From NCBI GenBank assembly GCA_002779075.1, contig PEXK01000024.1, positions 1-21,100 on the forward strand: DNA of 21,100 nucleotides, given 5' to 3'. This stretch comes from Candidatus Diapherotrites archaeon CG08_land_8_20_14_0_20_30_16 (GTDB lineage: Archaea; Iainarchaeota; Iainarchaeia; Iainarchaeales; 0-14-0-20-30-16). Positions 13,553 to 21,100 of this stretch are shown here, in pieces. Under the pieces are notes generated by a model. That model was not told the origin of the DNA. It worked only from the letters and a program-made list of their open reading frames with translations, and made no database searches. Numbering within the stretch: the first letter of the stretch is position 1; each line of letters begins with the position of its first letter. A program made the position numbers and the translations under genes.

Positions 13553-14295
13553 ATGGCATTATTGTACATTTTAATTAGTATTGTATTAGTCTGCTTGATT
13601 TCAGTAATAGGTCTAATCTTATTTGGATTAAAGGACAAATTATTGCAAAAAATAACACATTTATTAGTGAGTTTTGCAGCAGGTTCTCTTTTAGGAAGTG
13701 CTTTTATACATTTATTGCCAGAATCAATAGAAACTTTAGATTTGTATTTTCCTTTTTTGTTTTTCCTATTGGGATTCATAATTTCTTTTGTTGTTGAAAA
13801 GTTTTTACATTGGAGAATTGTCATGAAAAAAACTGTAAACTTCACAATATAGCATATTTAAACCTGTTTGGAGATGCAATTCACAACTTTATAGATGGAA
13901 TAAGTATATGTGTTGCTTTTCTTACTAATATAAGTATTGGAATAACAACAACAATAGCCATAGCAATACATGAAATACCTCAAGAAATAGGAGATTTTGC
14001 TATTTTAATACATTCAGGATTATCAAAAACCAAAGCAATATTTTATAACTTTCTAAGTGCTTTATGCGCATTATTAGGAGCATTACTTGCTTATGTTTTT
14101 GCAAGTCACCTCTTAAATGCAATACCATATTTAATGTCTATTGTAGCAGGAGGTTTTGTTTATCTAGCAACCTGCGATTTAATACCTGAATTACACAAAA
14201 CAACTAAAATAAAAGACTCTATCTTTCAATTTGTCTTCCTTATATTGGGTATACTACTAATGCTAATCCTAAAGAAATACCTTTTGATAGCTTAA
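13553..14295 (+). pseudogene. ZIP-family (ZupT/GufA-like) metal transporter interrupted by a -1 frame change in an A7 run
   Basis: ORF 13553-13852 encodes TM1-3 (…FAAGSLLGSAFIHLLPES…). ORF 13810-14295 encodes the His/Cys loop and TM4-8 (…LFGDAIHNFIDG…HEIPQEIGDF…). The frames overlap at 13798-13852 around AAAAAAA (13826-13832). One extra A would join them as …LHWRIVMKKNCKLHNIAYLNLFGDAIHNF…, about 247 aa. Confidence 0.8.
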
Positions 14296-14365
14296 GCCAA
14301 GATTATGTCTAATTATCTGAGTTAAAGAAGGAGGGTTTATAAACATTTTGGTAGGAATTTATCTT

Positions 14366-15178
14366 ATGAGTAAAAAGATAACCTTATTTATATTATTGTT
14401 TATTGTCTGTTTACTACCCCTTGGGTTTGCATCAATTGCTTGTCCTAATGCAGATGTTAATGAGAGTTCTGCTACTATTTTTTGTTTTTATACTTCCGGA
14501 AATAATTATGAAATATTATCGCCACAAATATCAAGCGATAAAGGGATTAGTTTTGAGCTGGTTACAAAACCAATAAGTGCACAGCCAAATACAAAATATC
14601 TTTTTAAAATTGGTATTGATGTTTTGAATTCAAAGGAAGGAGAACACACTTTAAAGATAAAACAAGGATCAGAAATATATCCTTTGAAAGTAAATCTTAA
14701 AAGAGAAACTCAAGATATAAATTACAAAGTAGAGATTAGTTATCCTAGTGGATTAACACAAACAATAAAAGCAGTAGTAAAATTAACAAACTTAACAAAG
14801 AAAACATATCCTAGCATATTAAAAGCAATAGAAGTTCCTGAAGGCATAGAAGTGAATCTAGAAAAAGAAATAATTTCTTTATCTGCAGGCAGCACAAAAG
14901 AAATATCTATTATAATAGAATATGATAAACCATTAAGCGGAACATTATATTATACTTTGAATTATGGTACAAAAAAAGAAACAATAGCAATTGATTTAGA
15001 AAAAGACAAAATGCCAATTGCATACAATTCTAACAATATAACTGCTTTGTTTAGTTTAGCAGACACAAAAAATTCAAACACTTTATTTATTATTTTAGAT
15101 ATTTGCCTATTTATTTGTGCTGTTGTTCTTTTTACCATGTTTATTGGTAGATTAGGAAAATATATTGTAAAAAAATGA
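14366..15178 (+). CDS. Secreted, C-terminally anchored surface protein
   Basis: From ATG 14366 the product begins MSKKITLFILLFIVCLLPLGFASIA, a canonical signal peptide; the ORF track starts at TTG 14348. Beta-rich Ig-like segments follow. The C-terminal TM LFIILDICLFICAVVLFTMFI is followed by GRLGKYIVKK. Confidence 0.65.
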   Translation: MSKKITLFILLFIVCLLPLGFASIACPNADVNESSATIFCFYTSGNNYEILSPQISSDKGISFELVTKPISAQPNTKYLFKIGIDVLNSKEGEHTLKIKQGSEIYPLKVNLKRETQDINYKVEISYPSGLTQTIKAVVKLTNLTKKTYPSILKAIEVPEGIEVNLEKEIISLSAGSTKEISIIIEYDKPLSGTLYYTLNYGTKKETIAIDLEKDKMPIAYNSNNITALFSLADTKNSNTLFIILDICLFICAVVLFTMFIGRLGKYIVKK

Positions 15179-15200
15179 TTTTATTAAAGGAGGAGAAAAC

Positions 15201-17393
15201 ATGAATTATAAATTATTCGCAGGAATATTTGCATTATTAGCATTGATATTTAGCATGGCACCAGTATCTGCACTTTGTGATGAATATTATTGTTATTCAC
15301 CACCAATAGATCCAGACGTGCTTATAGCAATAGGAAATGCACTAGGTGGAATACCAGACATTAGTGTGAGTGTTGTAAAAGACATATACTATGTTGATAG
15401 TGGGAAAACTGTTGATATAAAATTTGAAATTGAAAACACAGGAGATTATCCTGCTACAGTAATTATACAATTTGAACCTGATGAAGACGATGAAGATTAC
15501 TTCACAACTAATGAAACATCAGACAAAACTATTGTAGAGGCAAATACAACAAAAACAATGAAATTCAAAATAGATGTTGACAAACACACACCATCTGATG
15601 GATATTATCTGCCATTCAAAATAATGCCTTACTACACAAAATTTGGTGGGACTTACACTTTAGCAGAAGATACAATAGATGTTGAAGTTCACGTTGATGA
15701 ATATGATGACTATTTAGATGTAAGATTGGAAGATGATGTACTTTGCTACAATTCAGAATTGCCTTATTCAACATATTTGATATTTTCAAATGAAGGTAAC
15801 GATACTTATTACATTGAACCAAAAGTAAAATCTGAAGAGTTGTGGCCTACTGTAAAATCAGATATTATAGAAATACCTGAAGATGAAGAAGTTAAAGTAA
15901 AAGTTAATTTCAACAAAACAGTTTCAATAGGACAATATGAATTAACAATAAAAGAAGACATATACGAAAATAAATTATACAAAAATCCAAAACACTTTGA
16001 AAAAACTTTAGAAGTTAATGTAGAAAACTGTAATTCATATTACTCTAATTTCTACGTAAGCCCTAGTGCACAAAATGTAAAAGCTAATGACAAAGCAACA
16101 TTTTCATTTGATTTCTCAAATACTACAGACAATGATTTGCCTGTCAGCTTTTCAGGTTATGCAGACGATCAAAGTGTCAGCGTTGTATTCCCTAGTGACA
16201 CAATAATTGTTGAAAAAAATCACAATTACACAGGACAATTTTATGTAATGACTTCAAGCTATACTAAAGCAGGAGTAAAGAACATAACAGTAAGAGCAAC
16301 AACACCTTACACCAGCTTTGAAAAAAAATTAATTGTAAATGTTCTAAGCGATAGCTTAACTGTTAGTGCAGATTCAATAGATGTTCCTGTTGGATTAAAA
16401 GGTACACAAACAATTACAATAAAAAATAGTTCAACTACCCAATATGTGTTGGCTTTAGCTGTTGACCCACAGAACTCAGACAGCTTTGCATTGTCTCAGA
16501 ATGCATTAACAATAGATGCAGGCATGACTAAAACAGTTTATGTAAATATTACACCAAAAACTATAGGATCTAAAAACTATGTATTCATAGTTTCTGGCAG
16601 TGTTAATAAACAAACAGTTATTAATTACACAAGCAATAGTGAACAGGATATAGCATCATTTGTAACAGGTTACCAAAACAAAGTAAATGCAGTTTCTGGT
16701 GATTGGGGAACCCTGCCAGTATTACTTGATAATCCATATGATTTTGCAACTACTTTGAAGGTAAGTTTGAAACCTACTAATGATGTAACATCAAAACCAC
16801 AAAATGTTACCTTGGGCCCAAAACAAAAGAAAAGTATTGATTTACAATACTTGATAACTAGTGATGCAAAAACTGTAAAAGCAACATTGGTAATTGGCTC
16901 AGAAGTATCAAGTGCTGAATATCCAATTTACTTTACAATATCTCAAGATGCATCTAACACATTGGCTTTAGAAATAACTGGTTTGCCTGAAGCAATTGCT
17001 TTTGTAAACAATAGCGACTCAGAACTAACCTTGAAGGCGAAAAATCCTAATGCTTTTGAAATAAAAGGAGCAAGCATTAAATTCTTGCTTAACGATTCTA
17101 AAGTTGTTGGTGAAGCAATTTTCAATATAAGTGCAAATGCAGAAAAAAATGTTAAAGTAAAATACAAAATAGAATCTGATGAAGACACTACTGGAAGTAT
17201 AGTTGTAAAGGCAAATGGTGTTGAAAACACTTATGATGTTGTTTACACAAAAGAAACAGGGTTCTTCAAAACAGGCTTGTTCAACTTAGGTGTTGGCGGA
17301 ACAATCAGCATAATAATTGGTGCAATAATAGTAGTTTTAATAATTCTTTACTTTGCACTAAGAAAACCTAGTGTTCCAGAAGTTCAAGAGTAA
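15201..17393 (+). CDS. Large secreted multi-domain (CARDB/Ig-like) surface protein with C-terminal TM anchor; S-layer/adhesin-like
   Basis: GGAGGAG lies 8 nt upstream of the ATG. The signal peptide is MNYKLFAGIFALLALIFSMAPVSA. Repeated segments include GKTVDIKFEIENTGDYPATV, STYLIFSNEGNDTYYI, DKATFSFDFSNTTDNDLPV and GTQTITIKNSSTTQYV. There are many N-x-S/T sequons. The C-terminal TM ISIIIGAIIVVLIILYFAL is followed by RKPSVPEVQE. Confidence 0.75.
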   Translation: MNYKLFAGIFALLALIFSMAPVSALCDEYYCYSPPIDPDVLIAIGNALGGIPDISVSVVKDIYYVDSGKTVDIKFEIENTGDYPATVIIQFEPDEDDEDYFTTNETSDKTIVEANTTKTMKFKIDVDKHTPSDGYYLPFKIMPYYTKFGGTYTLAEDTIDVEVHVDEYDDYLDVRLEDDVLCYNSELPYSTYLIFSNEGNDTYYIEPKVKSEELWPTVKSDIIEIPEDEEVKVKVNFNKTVSIGQYELTIKEDIYENKLYKNPKHFEKTLEVNVENCNSYYSNFYVSPSAQNVKANDKATFSFDFSNTTDNDLPVSFSGYADDQSVSVVFPSDTIIVEKNHNYTGQFYVMTSSYTKAGVKNITVRATTPYTSFEKKLIVNVLSDSLTVSADSIDVPVGLKGTQTITIKNSSTTQYVLALAVDPQNSDSFALSQNALTIDAGMTKTVYVNITPKTIGSKNYVFIVSGSVNKQTVINYTSNSEQDIASFVTGYQNKVNAVSGDWGTLPVLLDNPYDFATTLKVSLKPTNDVTSKPQNVTLGPKQKKSIDLQYLITSDAKTVKATLVIGSEVSSAEYPIYFTISQDASNTLALEITGLPEAIAFVNNSDSELTLKAKNPNAFEIKGASIKFLLNDSKVVGEAIFNISANAEKNVKVKYKIESDEDTTGSIVVKANGVENTYDVVYTKETGFFKTGLFNLGVGGTISIIIGAIIVVLIILYFALRKPSVPEVQE

Positions 17394-17436
17394 AGGAGTT
17401 TCTCCTCCCTCCTTTTTTCTTTCTTTTTATTTTTAA
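17394..17436 (+). terminator. Short hairpin plus long T-rich tract after the surface-protein gene
   Basis: AGGAG-ttt-CTCCT (17394-17406) is followed by CCTCCTTTTTTCTTTCTTTTTATTTTT. Confidence 0.4.
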
Positions 17437-17528
17437 CTCTTTCCTAAGAGTACTCTATTTTTAAAGGTAGACTTTTAAACCTTAAGGCATTAATTTATAT
17501 AACCTGATTTTAAGAATTATATTCAAGA

Positions 17529-17605
17529 GCGAAGCAATCTTTCTGTAAGAAAGATGTGTTTTCTTTGCGAAACCTCTGGTTTCTTTTACAAAAGAAACCG
17601 GTGGT
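17529..17605 (+). ncRNA. Structured 5' leader of tRNA-Cys
   Basis: The order is:
- TATA-like TTTATATA (17494-17501)
- GCGAAGC (17529-17535)
- 7-bp hairpin ATCTTTC-tgtaa-GAAAGAT (17537-17555)
- GCGAA (17567-17571)
- 9-bp hairpin GGTTTCTTT-taca-AAAGAAACC (17578-17599), ending 6 nt before tRNA position 1. Confidence 0.4.
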
Positions 17606-17676
17606 GTGGGGTTGACAGAACGGTTATGTAGTCGCCTGCAGAGCGACCCAAGAGGGTTCAACTCCCTTGCCCCACT
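17606..17676 (+). tRNA. tRNA-Cys (anticodon GCA)
   Basis: Hand fold gives:
- acceptor GTGGGGT / GCCCCAC, with a terminal U-G pair
- discriminator U73, the tRNA-Cys identity base
- 3-bp D stem ACA/TGT with a GG-containing loop
- anticodon arm GTCGC-CTGCAGA-GCGAC
- T arm GAGGG-TTCAACT-CCCTT
Length 71 nt, no intron. Confidence 0.9.
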
Positions 17677-17700
17677 TTCTGCAAGCAGAAAGTGGTAGAA

Positions 17701-17751
17701 CCCACGATAAGCTTGTAGATAATTTGCAACAGCAAATGCAAACAAGTTTGC
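17701..17751 (+). repeat. Downstream element B, copy 2 (tRNA-Cys locus)
   Basis: CCCACGATAAGCTTGTAGATAATTTGCAACAGCAAATGCAAACAAGTTTGC aligns with 9515-9570. A T-rich tract follows. Confidence 0.55.
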
Positions 17752-17890
17752 TTTATATTATTTACTCTTGTTTCTTCTTTGAAGTAACAAGTAGCCCCAT
17801 TTCATGAAGGTGTTGCATATTATTCTTTATCAAGTCAAAATGAGTTGAACTTGCAAGGTTAGTATATAACTAATATTTTACAATTGTTAA

Positions 17891-18964
17891 TTAGTATCCT
17901 GAAATAAAACGAGAAATTACGCGAGAATCTATCCCTTGCTTTTCTAAATACTTTTTAAAGTATCCTGTAAGTTGAGTTGTAAAACGATCCATAAATAGTT
18001 TACGTGCATTAAGAGTAGTAAGGCCTGGCTTTTCTAACATTAGTGAAAGGCCACTATTAAAAGAATTTATATGATCTTTAAGTCCAAAAGCCAATTGGGA
18101 CAAACCCGAAATTGAATTCTTTGCACCCAAAATACCTTGTGCAAAAGAACCTGATTTTAAACCTAATCCTCTACCCAACCAATAAATCTCCTTTCCTAAG
18201 CCAGATAGAAAAATCCCTAAAGAATCATTATTTACTAATTCCCTTGCAAACACTCTACTATTTTCGCCCATATATTGTACAAAAGGATAAATTTTTGGAA
18301 TATCTCGAGAACCCACCACCTTACCATAACGAGTATATGGTGTTGTTTCTACCTCTGTCAGTGCTTTTGCAAAACTTTGTGCTATTTGAACTTTATCAGA
18401 GTCCTTAACATAAAACAAACCATCCATAAAAGCCCCTATATTGTGCCCCATTGCTCTTGCCACAGTTTCCATATCCTTCAGACCCAAAGGCTTGAAAAAA
18501 GATTCAATTGCATTTTTTCTGACAAGACCTTGTGCAAAATGATGTACTCGATATTTATCTTTAGATAAAGCTGAAAAGAAATCATAAACCTTTTTTGTTC
18601 TGGATAGTTCTCTTGCAAGATAAGAAAAATGTGCGGGTGTGAAATAAAATATTAATGTTCCAATGCGTGTTTTTTTATAAATATAATCTATTGTACGAAA
18701 AGGATCTTCCAAAAGCAATTTTAAAATTAAGTAATTCTCTGCAGAGGTATATTTAGGTATATAAATTAGACTTGTTTTTTTGTCTGGACCTTCCTTAAAC
18801 CTTCTTTTTTCCAAAGATCTCAATAAAAGCTCCAATCTATCTTCATGAGTAAGTACTCTACCAACAGGACTTTTGCCAGATATTGCTGCTTTTGAAAATG
18901 CAGCAATACTTTTTTTTCTTTTTGTTTGCATTCTACTTATTCGTACATTTTTTGACGCAGCCAT
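17891..18964 (-). CDS. Orphan protein (357 aa) with basic N-terminal arm and Gly/Ser/Leu-rich C-terminal region; compositionally atypical
   Basis: A long ORF with an ATG start and A/T-rich TATA-like sequence (GGTTTAAAAAAGG) ~25-35 nt upstream. The N-terminus is MAASKNVRISRMQTKRKKS. It uses Arg rather than Lys, and sampled lines are richer in G+C than neighbouring genes. No motif recognised. Confidence 0.7.
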   Translation of the reverse strand: MAASKNVRISRMQTKRKKSIAAFSKAAISGKSPVGRVLTHEDRLELLLRSLEKRRFKEGPDKKTSLIYIPKYTSAENYLILKLLLEDPFRTIDYIYKKTRIGTLIFYFTPAHFSYLARELSRTKKVYDFFSALSKDKYRVHHFAQGLVRKNAIESFFKPLGLKDMETVARAMGHNIGAFMDGLFYVKDSDKVQIAQSFAKALTEVETTPYTRYGKVVGSRDIPKIYPFVQYMGENSRVFARELVNNDSLGIFLSGLGKEIYWLGRGLGLKSGSFAQGILGAKNSISGLSQLAFGLKDHINSFNSGLSLMLEKPGLTTLNARKLFMDRFTTQLTGYFKKYLEKQGIDSRVISRFISGY

Positions 18965-19129
18965 ATTTTAAATATAAACAAAACCTTTTTTAAACCTTTT
19001 TTGTTATTTTAAACTAGCAATAGAAAAATCATTAAAACAAAAAAAAGAAGACCGTACAAAGATAAAGACTATTATCGTTATCAACTTATTGAAGTTAGTA
19101 CAATCTACAAAATAATTAGTAATCCATTG

Positions 19130-19654
19130 TCATTGCATTTCTGGAGAGGGATTCATTAAATTATTTATTAAAGACATACCAGAAGCAAATCTCTCTGCAA
19201 AAGCTAGACCATCTAGTCTATCAAGATCAGCCCTCAAAGCAACAAACTCTTTTAAAATAGCTCTTCTTGTTATAATCATATTTAAATTTTTTCTTGTAAT
19301 TTCTAAATCTTCATCGGTTTGTAGGCCTAAAGTCTTAGTAATTTTGAGTACTTCATCAAAATAGCTAAATTGTCTTACAGCCATACTATAATATGCTATT
19401 TGTACATCCAAATATCTTTCATAATCCTTTTTTGCTAGATGTTCTCCTCTTTCTATTTTGGAAAAAATCTCTCGTTTAATTATCCTTATTTCTTGCTCTA
19501 AAGCTTTAAGGTGAGGTGTTAAAGTCATTACTTCTTTACGCAAAGACTCTACTCTATCTCTAAGAGCTGTCCTTTCAAGAGCCCGTCTACTAATAAGTGG
19601 TTTTCGTTCTTTTCCTATTGTATCTCTTTGTTTTCCTTTTCTGCTAGTGCCCAT
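19130..19654 (-). CDS. Orphan coiled-coil protein (174 aa) with basic N-terminal arm; compositionally atypical
   Basis: ATG start with TTTATAA ~30 nt upstream. The N-terminus is MGTSRKGKQRDTIGKERKP, followed by heptad-like helices (ALERTALRDRVESLRKEVMTLTPHLKALEQEIRIIKREI). It is Arg-rich, unlike the flanking Lys-rich proteome. Confidence 0.7.
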   Translation of the reverse strand: MGTSRKGKQRDTIGKERKPLISRRALERTALRDRVESLRKEVMTLTPHLKALEQEIRIIKREIFSKIERGEHLAKKDYERYLDVQIAYYSMAVRQFSYFDEVLKITKTLGLQTDEDLEITRKNLNMIITRRAILKEFVALRADLDRLDGLAFAERFASGMSLINNLMNPSPEMQ

Positions 19655-19726
19655 ATAAAATAAATAAGTAAAATAGTGTTATAAACTTTTCTATGTTCTA
19701 ACTGCCGGCAAGCCAACAATTTTGAA

Positions 19727-20998
19727 TTATTCTTTTAGATCAACAATACTACCCATGAACAAAATTTCTTTTGTTTCATTATTTATTATAAAGAACATAA
19801 ATGGATGGTTTGCATTAAACACTTTTATAGGCTCTTCATCTATAGGCTTTGAAGTAATTCCAACACCGATTACTGTTGCAGCAGCAGCTTCTGTTCCTTC
19901 TTCGTTTACTTCAACAAAAGCTTTATGAACAACATTAGATACAAATAAGTTTCTAATACCTGTAAAACCAGATAAATCTGCAGAATCAGTAAATACTTCT
20001 TTCAAACCCAAATCACCTAATTGTTCTTTTATTTTATTATAAGTTATTTCTAATTTAAATTTAGGCAAAAACAAATTTACTTTCTCATTGCTTAAACTAT
20101 TTAAAATATTATTAAATTTAGTATTATCAAAGCCATTTAATGATTCTAAATCTTTTTTTGGCAAAACAACAATAGCAGATAAGTCATAGCCTTTGTAAGG
20201 TAATTCTATTGCTTGTAGTTGAGAATCTTCAAAATAATTAAATCTTTCATCATACAGGCTCATCATATTTGCGTTTAATTTTTGCCCAAAATCATTTGTA
20301 AATTCTTTTTCTTTTGTATTTTTTTCTTCAAAGGCAATTAACCATTTACCTTTAAAATATATTGCATTAGCAATAACTATTCTTGTTGCATCACTAATAA
20401 AATCTTTTGATATTATATCTTTAATCTTATTATTTGTTTGGTTCTCAACCCAAGTGTTAATTACTTTAACAGCATTATCAACATTACTAAAATCAATATT
20501 TTCTAATTTTGCACCATAATATTTTTCAGCATTATTTATATATTCTGGCAATAAAGTAAAGTTGTTATTCACCCATAATGCATTTGCAGTACTTAATTTA
20601 TAGTCTTTATTTGCACCATTAATTGTTTTATATATGTTTGCAAAAGCAGGTCTTCTTATTTCCAAACTGGGATAACCAAAGACAGTATCTAACTCTTTCT
20701 GTGTATTTCCTTTTGATGCCTCTGCTAAAATTGCAAATGCAGAAAATATACTATAAGGAGAGAAAAATTGGTTCTCTGTTTTTGACAATTCTTTATAAAA
20801 ATTAAATACAAAATTATTATTTCCTTTAACAACACTAGTCAAAGCATCTGGGTTAAGATTCAAATCATCTATTACAACATCTGATGAATTATCATCTGTT
20901 TTAGGTATTTCTTGATCATTATCAACCAAAAACCCTATACTTAAAATAATGCCTACAAATACCAAAATCACAAATATTGTTAATGCCTTATGCAACAT
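19727..20998 (-). CDS. Serpin (inhibitory-type hinge) with N-terminal membrane anchor/signal
   Basis: Serpin landmarks: FFSPYSIFSAFAILAEASKGNTQKEL, NTWVENQTNNKIKDII, NAIYFKGKWLIAFEEKNT, LPKFKLE. The hinge and reactive-centre loop read EEGTEAAAATVIGVGITSKPIDEE, followed by FNANHPFMFFI. The N-terminal hydrophobic segment is ALTIFVILVFVGIILSIGFLV. Confidence 0.9.
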   Translation of the reverse strand: MLHKALTIFVILVFVGIILSIGFLVDNDQEIPKTDDNSSDVVIDDLNLNPDALTSVVKGNNNFVFNFYKELSKTENQFFSPYSIFSAFAILAEASKGNTQKELDTVFGYPSLEIRRPAFANIYKTINGANKDYKLSTANALWVNNNFTLLPEYINNAEKYYGAKLENIDFSNVDNAVKVINTWVENQTNNKIKDIISKDFISDATRIVIANAIYFKGKWLIAFEEKNTKEKEFTNDFGQKLNANMMSLYDERFNYFEDSQLQAIELPYKGYDLSAIVVLPKKDLESLNGFDNTKFNNILNSLSNEKVNLFLPKFKLEITYNKIKEQLGDLGLKEVFTDSADLSGFTGIRNLFVSNVVHKAFVEVNEEGTEAAAATVIGVGITSKPIDEEPIKVFNANHPFMFFIINNETKEILFMGSIVDLKE

Positions 20999-21100
20999 AT
21001 CACCACTCCTGTAAGATATATTATAAATCCTTATATAAAATTATCTTCATTTGTACTATATATGACAATTCTAAAAGATGGCTTAATACCTAGAGAATAC

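Noticed and set aside
13519-13845. 108-aa ORF antisense to the ZIP transporter N-terminal half
   Set aside because: It is antisense to a gene with clear family motifs and has no signals of its own.
13810-14295. Independent gene starting at TTG 13810 (C-terminal half of the ZIP transporter)
   Set aside because: It has no SD or promoter, and it overlaps the upstream ORF by 43 nt around an A7 run. The two halves together make exactly one normal ZIP protein, so a frameshift is the simpler explanation.
14330-14350. GGAGGGTTTA motif upstream of the 14366 gene, shared with the lipoprotein gene, as evidence for an ATA/TTG start at 14339/14348
   Set aside because: A canonical signal peptide begins at ATG 14366, and the extra N-terminal residues (INILVGIYL) add nothing recognisable. 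I kept ATG 14366, though TTG 14348 cannot be excluded.
17712-17720. CTTGTAGAT in element B resembles the 3' end of Cas12a-type CRISPR repeats
   Set aside because: The upstream TCTAC half needed for the repeat hairpin is absent. The other copy reads TTTGTGGAT. There is no array or nuclease gene, so I treat it as coincidence.
17482-17745. 87-aa ORF on the minus strand
   Set aside because: It runs antisense through tRNA-Cys, its leader and element B. There is no coding support.
17794-17803. GCCCCATTTC as an att-like repeat of the tRNA-Cys 3' end (GCCCCACTTTC)
   Set aside because: It is only about 10 nt with an indel, has no partner boundary beyond the orphan genes, and no integrase is present. 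That is too weak to call an integration scar.

Overview
This is an AT-rich (about 30% G+C from hand counts of sampled lines), gene-dense 21.1 kb fragment. I read it as archaeal, most plausibly a small-genome DPANN-type lineage; this is inference, not a search result. The grounds are a tRNA-Tyr with the archaeal/eukaryal C1-G72 pair and a 102-nt intron at the canonical 37/38 site, TTTATA-type boxes about 25-30 nt upstream of genes, an archaeal-type antitoxin, and many Asn/Lys/Ile-rich orphan proteins.

Recognisable content:
- Two loci of membrane-anchored, Ig-like-repeat surface proteins (1-4578 and 14366-17393).
- A calcineurin-like metallophosphoesterase.
- A tandem pair of small paralogs.
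- A lipobox lipoprotein with no canonical start codon.
- A RelE-type toxin-antitoxin pair.
- tRNA-Tyr(GTA), tRNA-Ile(GAT) and tRNA-Cys(GCA).
- A PPC/DUF296-like protein and a papain-fold-like protein.
- A cold-shock protein, a DEAD-box helicase with a repetitive basic tail, and MscL.
- A ZIP metal transporter split by a frameshift in an A7 run.
- Two compositionally distinct orphan genes next to tRNA-Cys.
- A membrane-anchored inhibitory-type serpin.

I saw no rRNA, CRISPR array, transposase, integrase or recognisable defence enzyme.

The most unusual signal is non-coding. All three tRNA genes carry long hairpin-rich 5' leaders with a shared architecture: GCGAA(GC) motifs, a GTAA-type-loop hairpin, and a 9-10 bp hairpin ending 1-6 nt before tRNA position 1. 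The stems differ in sequence between loci. The tRNA-Ile locus also has a 90-nt leader element present twice with a compensatory stem substitution, a degenerate third leader copy fused to a 15-nt relic of the tRNA 3' end, and a conserved downstream element shared with the tRNA-Cys locus.

Every functional call rests on motif reading of the supplied translations. No database search was possible.
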